A stretch of 64,000 bases of DNA from Dehalococcoidia bacterium (GCA_963555985.3 OY820591.1:192001-256000), one strand, 5' to 3'. Shown: positions 21,034 through 30,947, counted from the first letter of the stretch. The notes: a model not told the origin generated them from the letters alone. Made by a program: numbers and translations.

Positions 21034-21060
21034 CGACGTTTGAGGGCGCTTCGCTGACCA
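21034..21060 (+). repeat. Diverged copy of the RBS/start region of the 22005 gene (partner 21985-22011)
   Basis: cgacgtttgagggcgcttcgctgacca vs cgacgcttgggggtgctgcggtgacca, 22/27 identical. Confidence 0.7.
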
Positions 21061-21096
21061 CACCCAACCCCAACCCCCGCTCGATACACTGACCCC

Positions 21097-21540
21097 ATGA
21101 CCACCACCGACCAACCCCTCTCCATCGACGACATCCTCAACCAGCCTGCATACGGTCGCGGCTGGATCATCGGCCCCGTCACCCACGTCGATCAATCTCG
21201 CCGCCAATGCCAGGTCGCCGACCGCACCGGCGACACAGTCACCGTCTGCTACCGCCCCGAAGACGAACAAGCCGTGCTGCGCTCACTCAAGCACCCCGAC
21301 GAGTGTCGCTTGAAGGCGCTGGGTCTCGCCGAGTACCAGCCCGGCTCGGTAATGACGAGCATGGCCGACATCGAGCAGCTGTTTCTGATTACGCGGGAGG
21401 AGGCCGAGCACCTGACGTTCTTCAGCCTCTGGCGCGAAATGTGGGATGCGGTCGACCGCAGTGACTGGCCCAAGCTGCCCGCAGACATGGCAGAAAACCA
21501 CGACGAATATCTGGCCCGCGAATATCACAATGACGACTGA
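21097..21540 (+). CDS. Putative VapB-like antitoxin
   Basis: C-terminal LPADMAENHDEYL motif; overlaps the PIN gene; leaderless TACACT box. Confidence 0.7.
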   Translation: MTTTDQPLSIDDILNQPAYGRGWIIGPVTHVDQSRRQCQVADRTGDTVTVCYRPEDEQAVLRSLKHPDECRLKALGLAEYQPGSVMTSMADIEQLFLITREEAEHLTFFSLWREMWDAVDRSDWPKLPADMAENHDEYLAREYHNDD

Positions 21541-21946
21541 GATCTTCGCCGACACCGTGTTCTGGTTCGGTCTGATCAATCCGGAAGACTACTGGCATCA
21601 ATCAGCGCAACAAGCCAGCGAAGCGCTGAACGGCATCACGGTTGTCACGACTGAAGGAGTGCTCTCCGAGTTACTCGCCCTCGCCTCTCGACCCCAGACG
21701 CCGGTCCGTCGCGATGCCGCCGATCTGGTGTACAGTCTCCAACGCTCCAGTGAACACATCATCATCCCCCAGACCCACGAACTCTTCCAACGCGGACTCG
21801 ACCTCTACGCCCGCCGCGCCGCTTCCACCCTCAGCCTCCAGGACTGCATCTCCATGATCGTCATGCGCGATCGCAACATCACCGATGTGCTCACCGCCGA
21901 CGCCGAATTCCGAGGCTTCGGCTTCCGCCTCCTGATGCAGCGCTGA
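21530..21946 (+). CDS. PIN-domain (VapC) toxin
   Basis: IFADT, TTEGVLSE, SLQDCIS, VLTADAEF. Confidence 0.9.
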   Translation: MTTEIFADTVFWFGLINPEDYWHQSAQQASEALNGITVVTTEGVLSELLALASRPQTPVRRDAADLVYSLQRSSEHIIIPQTHELFQRGLDLYARRAASTLSLQDCISMIVMRDRNITDVLTADAEFRGFGFRLLMQR

Positions 21947-22004
21947 GACCAAGCCCGCCCACGTGCGATAATGCCCCCAAACCACGACGCTTGGGGGTGC
22001 TGCG

Positions 22005-24182
22005 GTGACCAAATCTGCCCAAACCAAACGCAAAACCAGCCCGGCCTCCACCGGCAAGCGCGTCTCCGCTCTCGCCATCCCCGCCTGGCTCCCACTCGGC
22101 GGACTCCTGCTCGTCTCCGGCGTCGAGACCGTCCGCGTCACCGGTGCCCACCGCGAACTCTTCTTCAACATCGACAACTTCTGGGTTCTCTACCTCCTCC
22201 TCCCCTTTGTCATCAGCATCATCATCTACGGACTCGTCCGCCGCTCCCGAGTCTGGCGGCTGGGCAAGCCTCAGTTCTCATTCGACAACCTCCCCACCCG
22301 CATCCTCCGCGTCCTCCGCGGCGGCGCAGGTACCGAGCGCGTCCTCCGCGACGGCTACTCGGGCGTCATGCACATCTGCATCATGTCCTCGATGATCGTC
22401 CTCTTCCTCGTCACCGCACTGCTCGCGATCGACGACTACATCCCCGTCGACATCCTCGTCGGACCCCGCTACCTCGGCTACTCCCTCGTCGCCGACATCT
22501 TCGGCATCGTCGGACTAATCGGCGTCGGCATGGCCATCGGTCACCGCTGGGCTCGCCCCCGCACCGCCTGGCTGCCCACCTGGGAAGACTGGCTGATCGT
22601 CGGCGGACTCGGCATCCTCCTGATCTCCGGCTTCATCGTCGAGGGTCTCCGCATCCACACCTCCGAGATCCACGTCAACCCCGAGTGGTCCTACTGGTCG
22701 CCCGGCGGCTGGATCGTCGCCAAGATCTTCTCCGGCGTCCGCATCGACGCCGCCCTCGACATGCACCGCGCCTTCTGGTGGTTCCACATGATCGGCGCGC
22801 TCGCCTGGATCACCCTGCTCGGCTACTCCAAGCTCAACCACCTCCTCCTCGCCCCGGCCAACGCCTTCTTCAAGCGCACCTCCGCCCCCGGCAAACTCGA
22901 CATGATCGAGGACATCGAGGAGCAGGAACACTTCGGCGTCGCCGAGCTCGAACACTTCACCATGAAGCAACTCTTCGAGCTCGATGTCTGCGTCCGCTGC
23001 GGACGCTGCACCGACAACTGCCCCGCTGATATCGCCGGACAACCCCTCTCGCCGATGCACATCATCCAGGACCTCAAGTCCTACGCCACCGCCGTCGGCG
23101 AGCAGAAGGTCGCCAACCAGATGCGCGGCGACGAACTCAACTTCGGCCTCGAAGATCACGCCCCAATGGTCGGCGGCGTCATCCGAGACGAATCGCTCTG
23201 GGCCTGCCGCACCTGCGGCGCCTGCGTCGAAGCCTGCCCCGTCTTCATCGAACACATCCCCACCATCGTCGACATGCGCCGCTCCCTGGTCATGGAAGAA
23301 GCGCGCATGCCCGACACCGTCCAGGGCACCCTCGAAACCCTCGAACGCCAGGGCCACCCCTGGCGCGGAACCCCCTACACCCGCGAGTCCTGGATGGAAG
23401 GCATCGAAGTCCCCGAATGGACCGGCGAGCAGGAGTACCTCTACTTCGTCGGCTGCACCGGTGCCTTCGTCGACCGCGCCCAGGCCGTCACCCGTTCCGT
23501 CGTCTCCCTCCTCCGCGAGGCCAACGTCTCCTTCGGCGTGCTCGCCGGCATGGAGTCCTGCAACGGCGACCCCGCCCGACGCCTCGGACACGAGTACCTC
23601 TACCAGATTCTCGCCGAGGGCCTGATCGAACTCTTCAACGAAGAGGGCGTCAAAAAAATCATCACCCACTGCCCCCACTGCTTCAACACCTTCCTCAACG
23701 AGTACCCCGACATGGGCGGCCAGTACGAGGTCATCCACCACACCCAACTCCTCGAACAACTCCTCAACGACGGCAAACTCGAACCCCGCGAGGAAACCCC
23801 CGAACAAACCGTCACCTACCACGACAGTTGCTACCTGGGCCGCCACAACGACATCTTCGAAGCCCCCCGCCGCATCCTCGAACAGGTCCCCAACGTCACC
23901 CTGATCGAAATGCCCCGCAACCGCGAACAAGGCCTCTGCTGCGGAGCCGGCGGCGGCAACATGTGGATGGAAGAACAAGGCCGCAGCCGCGTCAACGAAG
24001 TCCGCGTCGAAGAAGCCGTCGCAACGGGCGCCGACAGCGCCTGCACCGCCTGCCCCTTCTGCATCCAAATGTTCGACTCCGGCATCGGAACCGTCCAACT
24101 AGACCTCGAAGACCAAGAAAAACTCAAAGTCCTAGACGTAGCCGAACTCCTCCAAGCCTCGGCCGTCGCCGACACCGACTAG
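22005..24182 (+). CDS. Membrane Fe-S oxidoreductase (FadF/HdrD-GlpC-like, CCG domains), likely ETF:quinone oxidoreductase
   Basis: N-terminal TMs, two CxxCxxCxxxCP, CPHC, YHDSCYLGR, CCGAGGG, ACPFC; upstream of etfBA. Confidence 0.9.
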   Translation: MTKSAQTKRKTSPASTGKRVSALAIPAWLPLGGLLLVSGVETVRVTGAHRELFFNIDNFWVLYLLLPFVISIIIYGLVRRSRVWRLGKPQFSFDNLPTRILRVLRGGAGTERVLRDGYSGVMHICIMSSMIVLFLVTALLAIDDYIPVDILVGPRYLGYSLVADIFGIVGLIGVGMAIGHRWARPRTAWLPTWEDWLIVGGLGILLISGFIVEGLRIHTSEIHVNPEWSYWSPGGWIVAKIFSGVRIDAALDMHRAFWWFHMIGALAWITLLGYSKLNHLLLAPANAFFKRTSAPGKLDMIEDIEEQEHFGVAELEHFTMKQLFELDVCVRCGRCTDNCPADIAGQPLSPMHIIQDLKSYATAVGEQKVANQMRGDELNFGLEDHAPMVGGVIRDESLWACRTCGACVEACPVFIEHIPTIVDMRRSLVMEEARMPDTVQGTLETLERQGHPWRGTPYTRESWMEGIEVPEWTGEQEYLYFVGCTGAFVDRAQAVTRSVVSLLREANVSFGVLAGMESCNGDPARRLGHEYLYQILAEGLIELFNEEGVKKIITHCPHCFNTFLNEYPDMGGQYEVIHHTQLLEQLLNDGKLEPREETPEQTVTYHDSCYLGRHNDIFEAPRRILEQVPNVTLIEMPRNREQGLCCGAGGGNMWMEEQGRSRVNEVRVEEAVATGADSACTACPFCIQMFDSGIGTVQLDLEDQEKLKVLDVAELLQASAVADTD

Positions 24183-24233
24183 AGATCCCTCTCCCGCACA
24201 CCGCGGGCGAAGATGTCGCACCGCGCTTCTAAA

Positions 24234-24278
24234 CTCTCCCCCCCTTTGCGGGGGGAGATGCCGAAGGCAGAGGGGGGG
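24234..24278. repeat. Double-hairpin palindromic repeat (family B); partial copy 24187-24222
   Basis: ctctccccccctttgcggggggagatgccgaaggcagaggggggg. Confidence 0.8.
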
Positions 24279-24335
24279 CGACCGCCCAAGACCCCACCCC
24301 CCATCCGCTACGCTCGCACCACCGACCGGAGCGAC

Positions 24336-25067
24336 ATGTCCACTGCCGATGCCTCATCCACCGCCCAAACCTTGGTCCGCTTCCGCCTGCCGGAACCGCC
24401 GGAGCGGAATCCCGACGAAGTGACTTCTTACGACTACGTCCATCTGACCGGCAACCCGCATTTCCTGGCGCAGCACTTCGCCCAGCCCGAGACGACGCTC
24501 GTCAGCGCGGAGCGCTACCTCGTCGCCGCTCGCGGCTCTCGACTGCGCCGCGTCCCCGACCTGCTGATCGCCTTCGACGTCGATCCCGAGCTGTACTACG
24601 AGCAGAACGGCTACGTGATCTCGGACCAGGGCAAACCGCCCGACTTCATCCTCGAGGTCGCTTCGCCCAGCACGGCGAAGATCGACACGGTCGACAAGCG
24701 GCGCGACTACGCCGCCCTGGGCGTGCGCGAGTACTGGCGCTTCGACCACACGGGCGAGTGGCACGGCGCGCGTTTGGCCGGCGACCGGCTGGTCGGCGAG
24801 CGTTACGAGCCGATCCCGATCGTCGAGTTGTCAGCGGGCGTCTTGCAAGGCGAGAGCGAGGCCCTGGGCCTCTGGCTGCGTTGGGAACAGGGCGCGCTCG
24901 GTTGGTACGACCCCGCCACCGGCCAACACATCCCCACCTTCGACGCGGAGCGGGAAGGCCGCCTAGCCGAGCGTGAGGGTCGGATAGCCGAGCGCGAGGC
25001 GCGATTGGCTGCGGAAGCGCGGGTGCGGGAACTTGAGGCGGAGTTGCGGCGGCGCGGTGAGCGCTAG
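24336..25067 (+). CDS. Uma2 family endonuclease, tandem copy 1
   Basis: VPDLLIAF, PDFILEVASPST, EYWRFD; AERE coiled-coil tail. Confidence 0.9.
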   Translation: MSTADASSTAQTLVRFRLPEPPERNPDEVTSYDYVHLTGNPHFLAQHFAQPETTLVSAERYLVAARGSRLRRVPDLLIAFDVDPELYYEQNGYVISDQGKPPDFILEVASPSTAKIDTVDKRRDYAALGVREYWRFDHTGEWHGARLAGDRLVGERYEPIPIVELSAGVLQGESEALGLWLRWEQGALGWYDPATGQHIPTFDAEREGRLAEREGRIAEREARLAAEARVRELEAELRRRGER

Positions 25068-25099
25068 CGGCGTATCCTCCCACCACCGACCGGAGCGAC

Positions 25100-25852
25100 A
25101 TGTCCAGCGCCGATGCCGTCCCCACCACGCCGACCCAAGTCCGCTTCCGCCTGCCGGAACCGCCGGAGCGGAATCCCGACGAAGTGACTTCTTACGACTA
25201 CGTCCATCTGACCGGCAACCCGCATTTCCTGGCGCAGCACTTCGCCCAGCCCGAGACGACGCTCGTCAGCGCGGAGCGCTACCTCGTCGCCGCTCGCGGC
25301 TCTCGACTGCGCCGCGTCCCCGACCTGCTGATCGCCTTCGACGTCGATCCCGAGCTGTACTACGAGCAGAACGGCTACGTGATCTCGGACCAGGGCAAAC
25401 CGCCCGATTTCATCCTCGAGGTCGCCTCGCCCAGCACGGCGAAGATCGACACGATCGACAAACGGCGCGACTACGCCGCCCTGGGCGTGCGCGAGTACTG
25501 GCGCTTCGACCACACGGGCGAGTGGCACGGCGCGCGTTTGGCCGGCGACCGCCTGGTCGGCGAGCGTTACGAGCCGATCCCGATCGTGGAGTTGTCAGCG
25601 GGCGTCTTGCAAGGCGAGAGCGAGGCCTTGGGTCTGTGGCTGCGCTGGGAGCAGGGCGCGCTCGGTTGGTACGACCCGGCGACGGGGCGGCACATCCCCA
25701 CCTTCGACGCGGAACGAGAAGCTCGGTTAGCTGCGGAAGTACGAGCCGATGCGGAGCGAGAGACTCGCCTGGCCGAGCGCGAAGGCCGTTTAGCGGCCGA
25801 AGCACGGGTGCGAGAGTTAGAAGAAGAACTGCAACGCCTGCGCGAACCCTGA
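25100..25852 (+). CDS. Uma2 family endonuclease, tandem copy 2
   Basis: Near-identical core to copy 1; shared upstream caccaccgaccggagcgacatgtcc. Confidence 0.9.
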   Translation: MSSADAVPTTPTQVRFRLPEPPERNPDEVTSYDYVHLTGNPHFLAQHFAQPETTLVSAERYLVAARGSRLRRVPDLLIAFDVDPELYYEQNGYVISDQGKPPDFILEVASPSTAKIDTIDKRRDYAALGVREYWRFDHTGEWHGARLAGDRLVGERYEPIPIVELSAGVLQGESEALGLWLRWEQGALGWYDPATGRHIPTFDAEREARLAAEVRADAERETRLAEREGRLAAEARVRELEEELQRLREP

Positions 25853-25906
25853 TCACCGCCCCGCTCCCCGCTCCCCCTGTGGCGGGAACCGCCGCGAAAG
25901 GACGCT

Positions 25907-25953
25907 CCCCTCCCCCCTTGCGGGGGGAGATGTCACGTAGTGACAGAGGGGGG
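25907..25953. repeat. Family B palindromic repeat
   Basis: cccctccccccttgcggggggagatgtcacgtagtgacagagggggg. Confidence 0.85.
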
Positions 25954-26115
25954 TCCCCCTCGGATCCAGAGCCCGAATTCCCGCTCAAGCCGGCAATGAC
26001 GAAAACGACATCTGCGCAACAATCTCCCCCAAGAACGCACACTCCCAATTTGACATCCCCACCCAAACACCCCAATATCGAATATCCGCGCTAACTCGCA
26101 ACCGAAAGCCGACCC

Positions 26116-26922
26116 ATGTCCCAACCCACCTCCAAACCGCCCACCCCAAGACGCTGCCAACGCATCCTCCAGGCCCATCACCTCCGCTGCCAGGGACTCT
26201 CGCTCACCCAGATCGCCGCGGCTATGAACTGCGCCCGCTCCACCTCCGCCGCCTACCTCCGCGACCTCCGCCTCCACCATCACCACATCCTCCAGACCCT
26301 CGTCGAAGACCAACTCCTCGACCACATCCAACTCCTGACCGAACCCGGCCAGGAGCCCAAACAACACCAGCAGCGAGTCGCCACCGCGCGCGAACTCCGC
26401 CTCCTCCTCACTGCGCTCCCCAAGATCGAAGCCGCCCGCGAGCGCAAGCGCGAACAACCCGGCTCCGACGAACCCGCCGAAGAGCAACCGCCCTGCTCCC
26501 AGTACGACCACGCCTTCGCCCTGGTGAACGGCCAAGACCGTCCCGACAACTGTCCCGACGACTGCGAGTTCACCAAGCCCCCCTACGCCCGCGACCTGGA
26601 TTCCCCTGGACAAACCGAGCCAGACCGAGAACCATCCCCCCAAATCAGCCCGCAATCCAGCCAAATCGAGCAGAATCTGGACAAATCCGGACTACCCCCG
26701 AGCGCATCCCCCGCTCCGGACAGTGAATTCTCCCCGCCTGCTCCAATTTCGCGCCCCAAACCCAAAGTCGGCCCGCAATACCCCTACCACGAGTACGACA
26801 ATCCCTTCGGCCACGCGCCCAAACCGACCCTGGAAGGGCTCCTCGTCGAACGCCACCTCGCCGGACTCTCCCCGCCCCGCGAATACCCCTACTTCGAGCC
26901 GCTCAAGCCGCTCAATCTGTGA
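26116..26922 (+). CDS. HTH-domain hypothetical protein with low-complexity, decamer-repeat C-terminus
   Basis: LRCQGLSLTQIAAAMNCARSTSAAYL HTH; TTGACA at 26049; 10-bp-periodic tract 26600-26700. Confidence 0.7.
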   Translation: MSQPTSKPPTPRRCQRILQAHHLRCQGLSLTQIAAAMNCARSTSAAYLRDLRLHHHHILQTLVEDQLLDHIQLLTEPGQEPKQHQQRVATARELRLLLTALPKIEAARERKREQPGSDEPAEEQPPCSQYDHAFALVNGQDRPDNCPDDCEFTKPPYARDLDSPGQTEPDREPSPQISPQSSQIEQNLDKSGLPPSASPAPDSEFSPPAPISRPKPKVGPQYPYHEYDNPFGHAPKPTLEGLLVERHLAGLSPPREYPYFEPLKPLNL

Positions 26923-26992
26923 CCCCCGGCATTGCCCCAGTCGCCACAGCGCGGTACAAACGTCTACGTAGCCCAGACTGCGAGGACATCAC

Positions 26993-27796
26993 ATGGACGC
27001 CATCGTCTGCGTTAAGCAGATCCCAGACCCCGAAACCCCAGCCGCCGCCTTCAAGGTCGACGAGGCCGCCATGCGCGTGCTCCCGGCCCAGGGCATCTCC
27101 CCCGTCATCTCTCCCTTCGACGCCCAGGCCGTCGAGGCCGCCCTCCGGCTCGCCGACGCCGACGGCGGCGGCGCCGTCAACATCATCTCCCTCGGACCCG
27201 ACTCCGCCCGCGACGCCATCAAGCATTCCCTCGCCATGGGCGCAAACGAGGGCTACCACCTCCACGACGACGCCTTCGAAGGCGGCGACGCTTGGACTAC
27301 CGCCCTCGCCCTCAGCAAGGCCATCGAACACATCGGCATCCCCGACGTGCTCATCTTCGGCCGCCAGGCCGCCGATTGGGACCAGGGCACCGTCGGCAGC
27401 ATCGTCGCCGAGCTGCTCGATCTCCCCTCTGCCACCGTCCTCCGCGCCGTCGAAATGACCGACGCCGGCATCAAAGTCTCCCGCGTCGTCGCCGACGGCT
27501 TCGAGACCGTCGAACTCCCCACCCCCTGCGTACTCACTATCTCCAACGAGTTCGGCGACCCCCGCTACCCCCAACTCCGCCAAATCATGCGCGCCGCCCG
27601 CAAACAAGTCACCGAACTCACCGCCGCCGACCTCGGCCTTGACCCCGCCGAAGTCGGAGCCGCCGGAGCCCGAGTCCAGATGCACGCCCTCTACCAACCC
27701 ACCTCCGACGTCGAAGTCGAAATCATCGAGGGAGACACCCCCGAAGAAAAAGCCGCCGGCCTCGTCAACGCCCTCCGCGAAGCCAAAATCATCTAG
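26993..27796 (+). CDS. etfB: Electron transfer flavoprotein beta subunit
   Basis: VCVKQIPD, GRQAADWDQG, PRYP. Confidence 0.95.
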   Translation: MDAIVCVKQIPDPETPAAAFKVDEAAMRVLPAQGISPVISPFDAQAVEAALRLADADGGGAVNIISLGPDSARDAIKHSLAMGANEGYHLHDDAFEGGDAWTTALALSKAIEHIGIPDVLIFGRQAADWDQGTVGSIVAELLDLPSATVLRAVEMTDAGIKVSRVVADGFETVELPTPCVLTISNEFGDPRYPQLRQIMRAARKQVTELTAADLGLDPAEVGAAGARVQMHALYQPTSDVEVEIIEGDTPEEKAAGLVNALREAKII

Positions 27797-27818
27797 CAAT
27801 CCGTCATTCCCGCGAAAG

Positions 27819-27951
27819 GAGGCCTTTGCAAAACTTCCGTTTCCGTCATTCCCGCGCAGGCGGGAATCCATACAGCGTCTCGAGTGAGACGTGGATTCTT
27901 GCTTTCGCAAGAATGACGAAACGCTCGGATCGGAGATTTTGCAAAGCTCTC
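27819..27951. mobile_element. 133-bp MITE-like element with ~20-bp TIRs and 6-bp TSD (CGAAAG), inserted in a CGTC-REP and carrying a REP doublet
   Basis: TIRs gaggcctttgcaaaacttcc / ggagattttgcaaagctctc; cgaaag at 27813-18 and 27952-57; removal restores cgtcattcccgcgaaagcgggaatcca. Confidence 0.75.
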
Positions 27952-28050
27952 CGAAAGCGGGAATCCACCCCCTCTAGACCTCCGGAGGGCTGCCGCGAAA
28001 GGACAATCCCCTCTCCCGCCCACCGCAGGAGAAGACATCCCGAAACAGAT

Positions 28051-28100
28051 CCCCTCTCCCCCCCTTGCGGGGGGAGATGTCACGAAGTGACAGAGGGGGG
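28051..28100. repeat. Family B palindromic repeat
   Basis: cccctctcccccccttgcggggggagatgtcacgaagtgacagagggggg. Confidence 0.85.
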
Positions 28101-28137
28101 TCCCCTCAACAACCACCAGAGAAGGAAAACCCCAACC

Positions 28138-29115
28138 ATGACCGCCATCCTCGTCTTCGGCGAAACCGACCCCGCCGGACTCACCGCCCCCACCCGCGAA
28201 CTCCTCGGCGCAGCCGCGCAACTCGCGCCCCAACTCGGTGGCGGCGTTGCCCTCGCCCTGCTCGGCGAGAACCTCAACGACGCCGCAGCCGACGCCGGTC
28301 CCGCCGGCGCAGACACTGTCTACACCGCCGCCGCCCCCTCCCTCGCCCAATACCAGACCGACAGCTACCTGCCCGTCGCCCAGGCCATCGTCGAGACCGA
28401 CAGCCCCGCCGTCGTCCTCCTCGCCCAGTCCAGTATGGGCCGCGACCTCGCCCCCCGACTCGCCACCCGCCTCAACACCGCCGCCGCCATGGACGCCCTC
28501 GCCCTCGAAGTCGACGGCGATCGCGTCAAGGCGACCCGCAGCTGCTACGGCGGCAACGCCCGACAGGTCGTCACCGTCCAGACCAACCCCCAGATCATCA
28601 CCGTCCGCCCCAAATCCCAGGAAGCCCTCGAACCCGACCAAGCCCGCAGCGCCAACGTCCAAGCCGTCGCCGTGGACGGCGCCGACGTCCGCGCCCGCGT
28701 CACCGGCAAAGAACAAGCCGAGTCCGAGGGCGTCCGCCTCGAAGACGCCGAAATCGTCGTCTCCGGCGGACGCGGCCTCGGCGGCCCCGAAGCCTTCAGC
28801 GACCTCGAACGACTCGCCGGCGTCCTCCACGCCGCCGTCGGCTCCTCACGCGCCGCCTGCGACCTCGGCTGGTACCCGCCCTCACAACAAGTCGGCCTCA
28901 CCGGTACCGTCGTCTCCCCCACCCTCTACCTCGCCGTCGCCATCTCCGGTGCCTCCCAACACATGGCCGGCTGCGGCGGCTCCAAGAACATCGTCGCCAT
29001 CAACAAAGACCCCGACGCCGCCATCTTCGCCTTCTCCCGCTTCGGCATCGTCGACGACTACAAAAAAGTCCTCCCAGCCATCGAAGCCGCCTTCACCATC
29101 GCCATGTCCGACTAG
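28138..29115 (+). CDS. etfA: Electron transfer flavoprotein alpha subunit
   Basis: [37 protein letters not shown]. Confidence 0.95.
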   Translation: MTAILVFGETDPAGLTAPTRELLGAAAQLAPQLGGGVALALLGENLNDAAADAGPAGADTVYTAAAPSLAQYQTDSYLPVAQAIVETDSPAVVLLAQSSMGRDLAPRLATRLNTAAAMDALALEVDGDRVKATRSCYGGNARQVVTVQTNPQIITVRPKSQEALEPDQARSANVQAVAVDGADVRARVTGKEQAESEGVRLEDAEIVVSGGRGLGGPEAFSDLERLAGVLHAAVGSSRAACDLGWYPPSQQVGLTGTVVSPTLYLAVAISGASQHMAGCGGSKNIVAINKDPDAAIFAFSRFGIVDDYKKVLPAIEAAFTIAMSD

Positions 29116-29145
29116 CGCCGTTCACATTGGCGCTTGCCAGGCCAC

Positions 29146-29366
29146 CGTCATACCCGCGCTCGCCGCGGGTATCTCGCCGCGTTCTGCACCGTCGTCCGTA
29201 AACCGAGATTGCCGCGGCAGTCAATATGAACAAGCCCTAGCGCAAACCCTCTCCCCCCGCACCACGGGTGGGAGTTGCCGCAAAAGGACAATCTCCTCTC
29301 CCCCCGCACTGCGGGGGGAGATGTCACGTAGAGCCTGCCCCCGCGCAGGCGGGGGACAGAGGGGGG
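29146..29366. repeat. Cluster of family A REP (29146-29175) and family B repeat with nested hairpin insert (29295-29366)
   Basis: cgtcatacccgcgctcgccgcgggtatctc; gagatgtcacgtag[agcctgcccccgcgcaggcgggg]gacagagggggg. Confidence 0.8.
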
Positions 29367-29424
29367 TCCGGTCACCCGACCCGATCACTACCCACAGACC
29401 TCAGAAAGAAAATTGAAACCCCGC

Positions 29425-29916
29425 CTACCCCACCCGAGTCTTCCGCCACGTCCGAATCTGAGCCGCGTGCTCCAGATCATGATCCACCAACGCATCAATC
29501 AAAGCGTTCACCGAAAGCTCATGCTCGCCGATCTGCATACACGGACGCTCACGCTCCCCATCCGTCAGACGCCCCGCCCGCGACGCCAACTCGTCCCGTG
29601 TCTCCGCCAACCGCCCCAGCAACTCCTCCATCGGACGATTCACCCAATCCCCCGGCGCCGCCTCATTGATCTCCCGCTCCGTCGGCAGCGGCCCCAGCGG
29701 CAGCCCCGCCGCGTAGCGATCAAACGCATTCAGCACCCACGCATCCCAGCCCACCAGATGCGCCAGACAGTCCCGCACGCTCCAGTTGCCGACCACATTG
29801 GGAAGATCAAACTCCGCCGCTGTCAGCCCCTCCACCGCCTCCAACAGACAACTGCGCCCATCCGTGCAATCCGTCGTGTCGCTCTTGACCTCGGACATCA
29901 TCGAGTCGGATACCAT
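29425..29916 (-). CDS. DinB/maleylpyruvate-isomerase-like four-helix protein (start uncertain)
   Basis: WSVRDCLAHL..WD and HDLEHAAQI metal-binding motifs. Confidence 0.85.
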   Translation of the reverse strand: MVSDSMMSEVKSDTTDCTDGRSCLLEAVEGLTAAEFDLPNVVGNWSVRDCLAHLVGWDAWVLNAFDRYAAGLPLGPLPTEREINEAAPGDWVNRPMEELLGRLAETRDELASRAGRLTDGERERPCMQIGEHELSVNALIDALVDHDLEHAAQIRTWRKTRVG

Positions 29917-30294
29917 GGCCCGCTCCTCAGAGGCGCGTTCGGCGCAGAAACAGCGATCACACCGCCTACGCGGCAGTCCGCCGCGCGCAGCCCGATTCGC
30001 AACGCAATTGCAATCAGGCTAACAATCCCTCTCGCCCCTTCGTCCCCGTTGCGTTGTCTGGGCAACATTGCGCCCGCTCGAATCCCGCTCAATCCGCCCA
30101 GACAGCCCCATCCCGCCAACCCGCGCGACCGCCTGCTTGACCACCATCAAGCGCGCGCATAGCCTGCCACACAGCGCCGTCTATGCCGCCTGCTCATCGC
30201 GGTCGCAGCGGCGGACAAGAGACGCGCTCGCCATCTACGGCCAGCCAAACTCACCGACAGAACACACGCCTGGGATGCGGGGCAGCTGACAACG

Positions 30295-30891
30295 ATGCGC
30301 TCGATCGGACTCACCGGCGGCATCGCCTCCGGCAAATCAACAGTGGTTGCGCAACTGCGCGAACTCGGCGCCGCCACCATCGACGCCGACCTCCTCGGCC
30401 ACCAGACCTACGAACCCGGCACCGACACCTTCCATCAGGTCGTCGCCGCCTTCGGCGACGACCTCGTCGCTCCCGACGGCACAATCGACCGCTCCAAACT
30501 CGGCCCCAAGGTCTTCGGCCACCCCGACGGCATGAAGCGCCTCACCGATATCGTCTGGCCCGGCATCCGCGCCCTCGCCGAAGCCGAACTCGCGCGCCTC
30601 GAGGCCGACGGAACCGCAGTCGCCGTGCTCGAAGCCGCCGTCCTGATCGAAGCCGAATGGCAAGATCTCGTCGATGAAGTCTGGGTCATCGCCGTCAGCC
30701 GCGACACCGCCCGCGAGCGCCTCATGGCTCGCAACAACTTCTCCGCCGAAGAAGCCGACAAGCGGATCGACTCCCAAATCACCAACGACGAACGCCTCAA
30801 GCACGCCGACGTGCTGATCAGCAACGACTGCGACATGGAACAGGCCGCCGCCCGCGTCGCGCGCGCCTGGGCCGGCTTGCAGGCATCCTGA
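30295..30891 (+). CDS. coaE: Dephospho-CoA kinase
   Basis: [33 protein letters not shown]. Confidence 0.93.
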   Translation: MRSIGLTGGIASGKSTVVAQLRELGAATIDADLLGHQTYEPGTDTFHQVVAAFGDDLVAPDGTIDRSKLGPKVFGHPDGMKRLTDIVWPGIRALAEAELARLEADGTAVAVLEAAVLIEAEWQDLVDEVWVIAVSRDTARERLMARNNFSAEEADKRIDSQITNDERLKHADVLISNDCDMEQAAARVARAWAGLQAS

Positions 30892-30947
30892 ATGCCCAAC
30901 CGACGCCAACGCACGGGACCAACCCGTGCAAAGCGGGAGAACGCCTG

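Noticed and set aside
24213-24335. Palindromic repeat translated as an N-terminal extension of Uma2 (also 27826-28137 for etfA)
   Set aside because: Better starts with RBS exist at 24336 and 28138; open frames through GC-rich repeats are expected
29917-30294. Long intergenic stretch as possible ncRNA or riboswitch upstream of coaE
   Set aside because: No recognisable motif or convincing stem set found by eye
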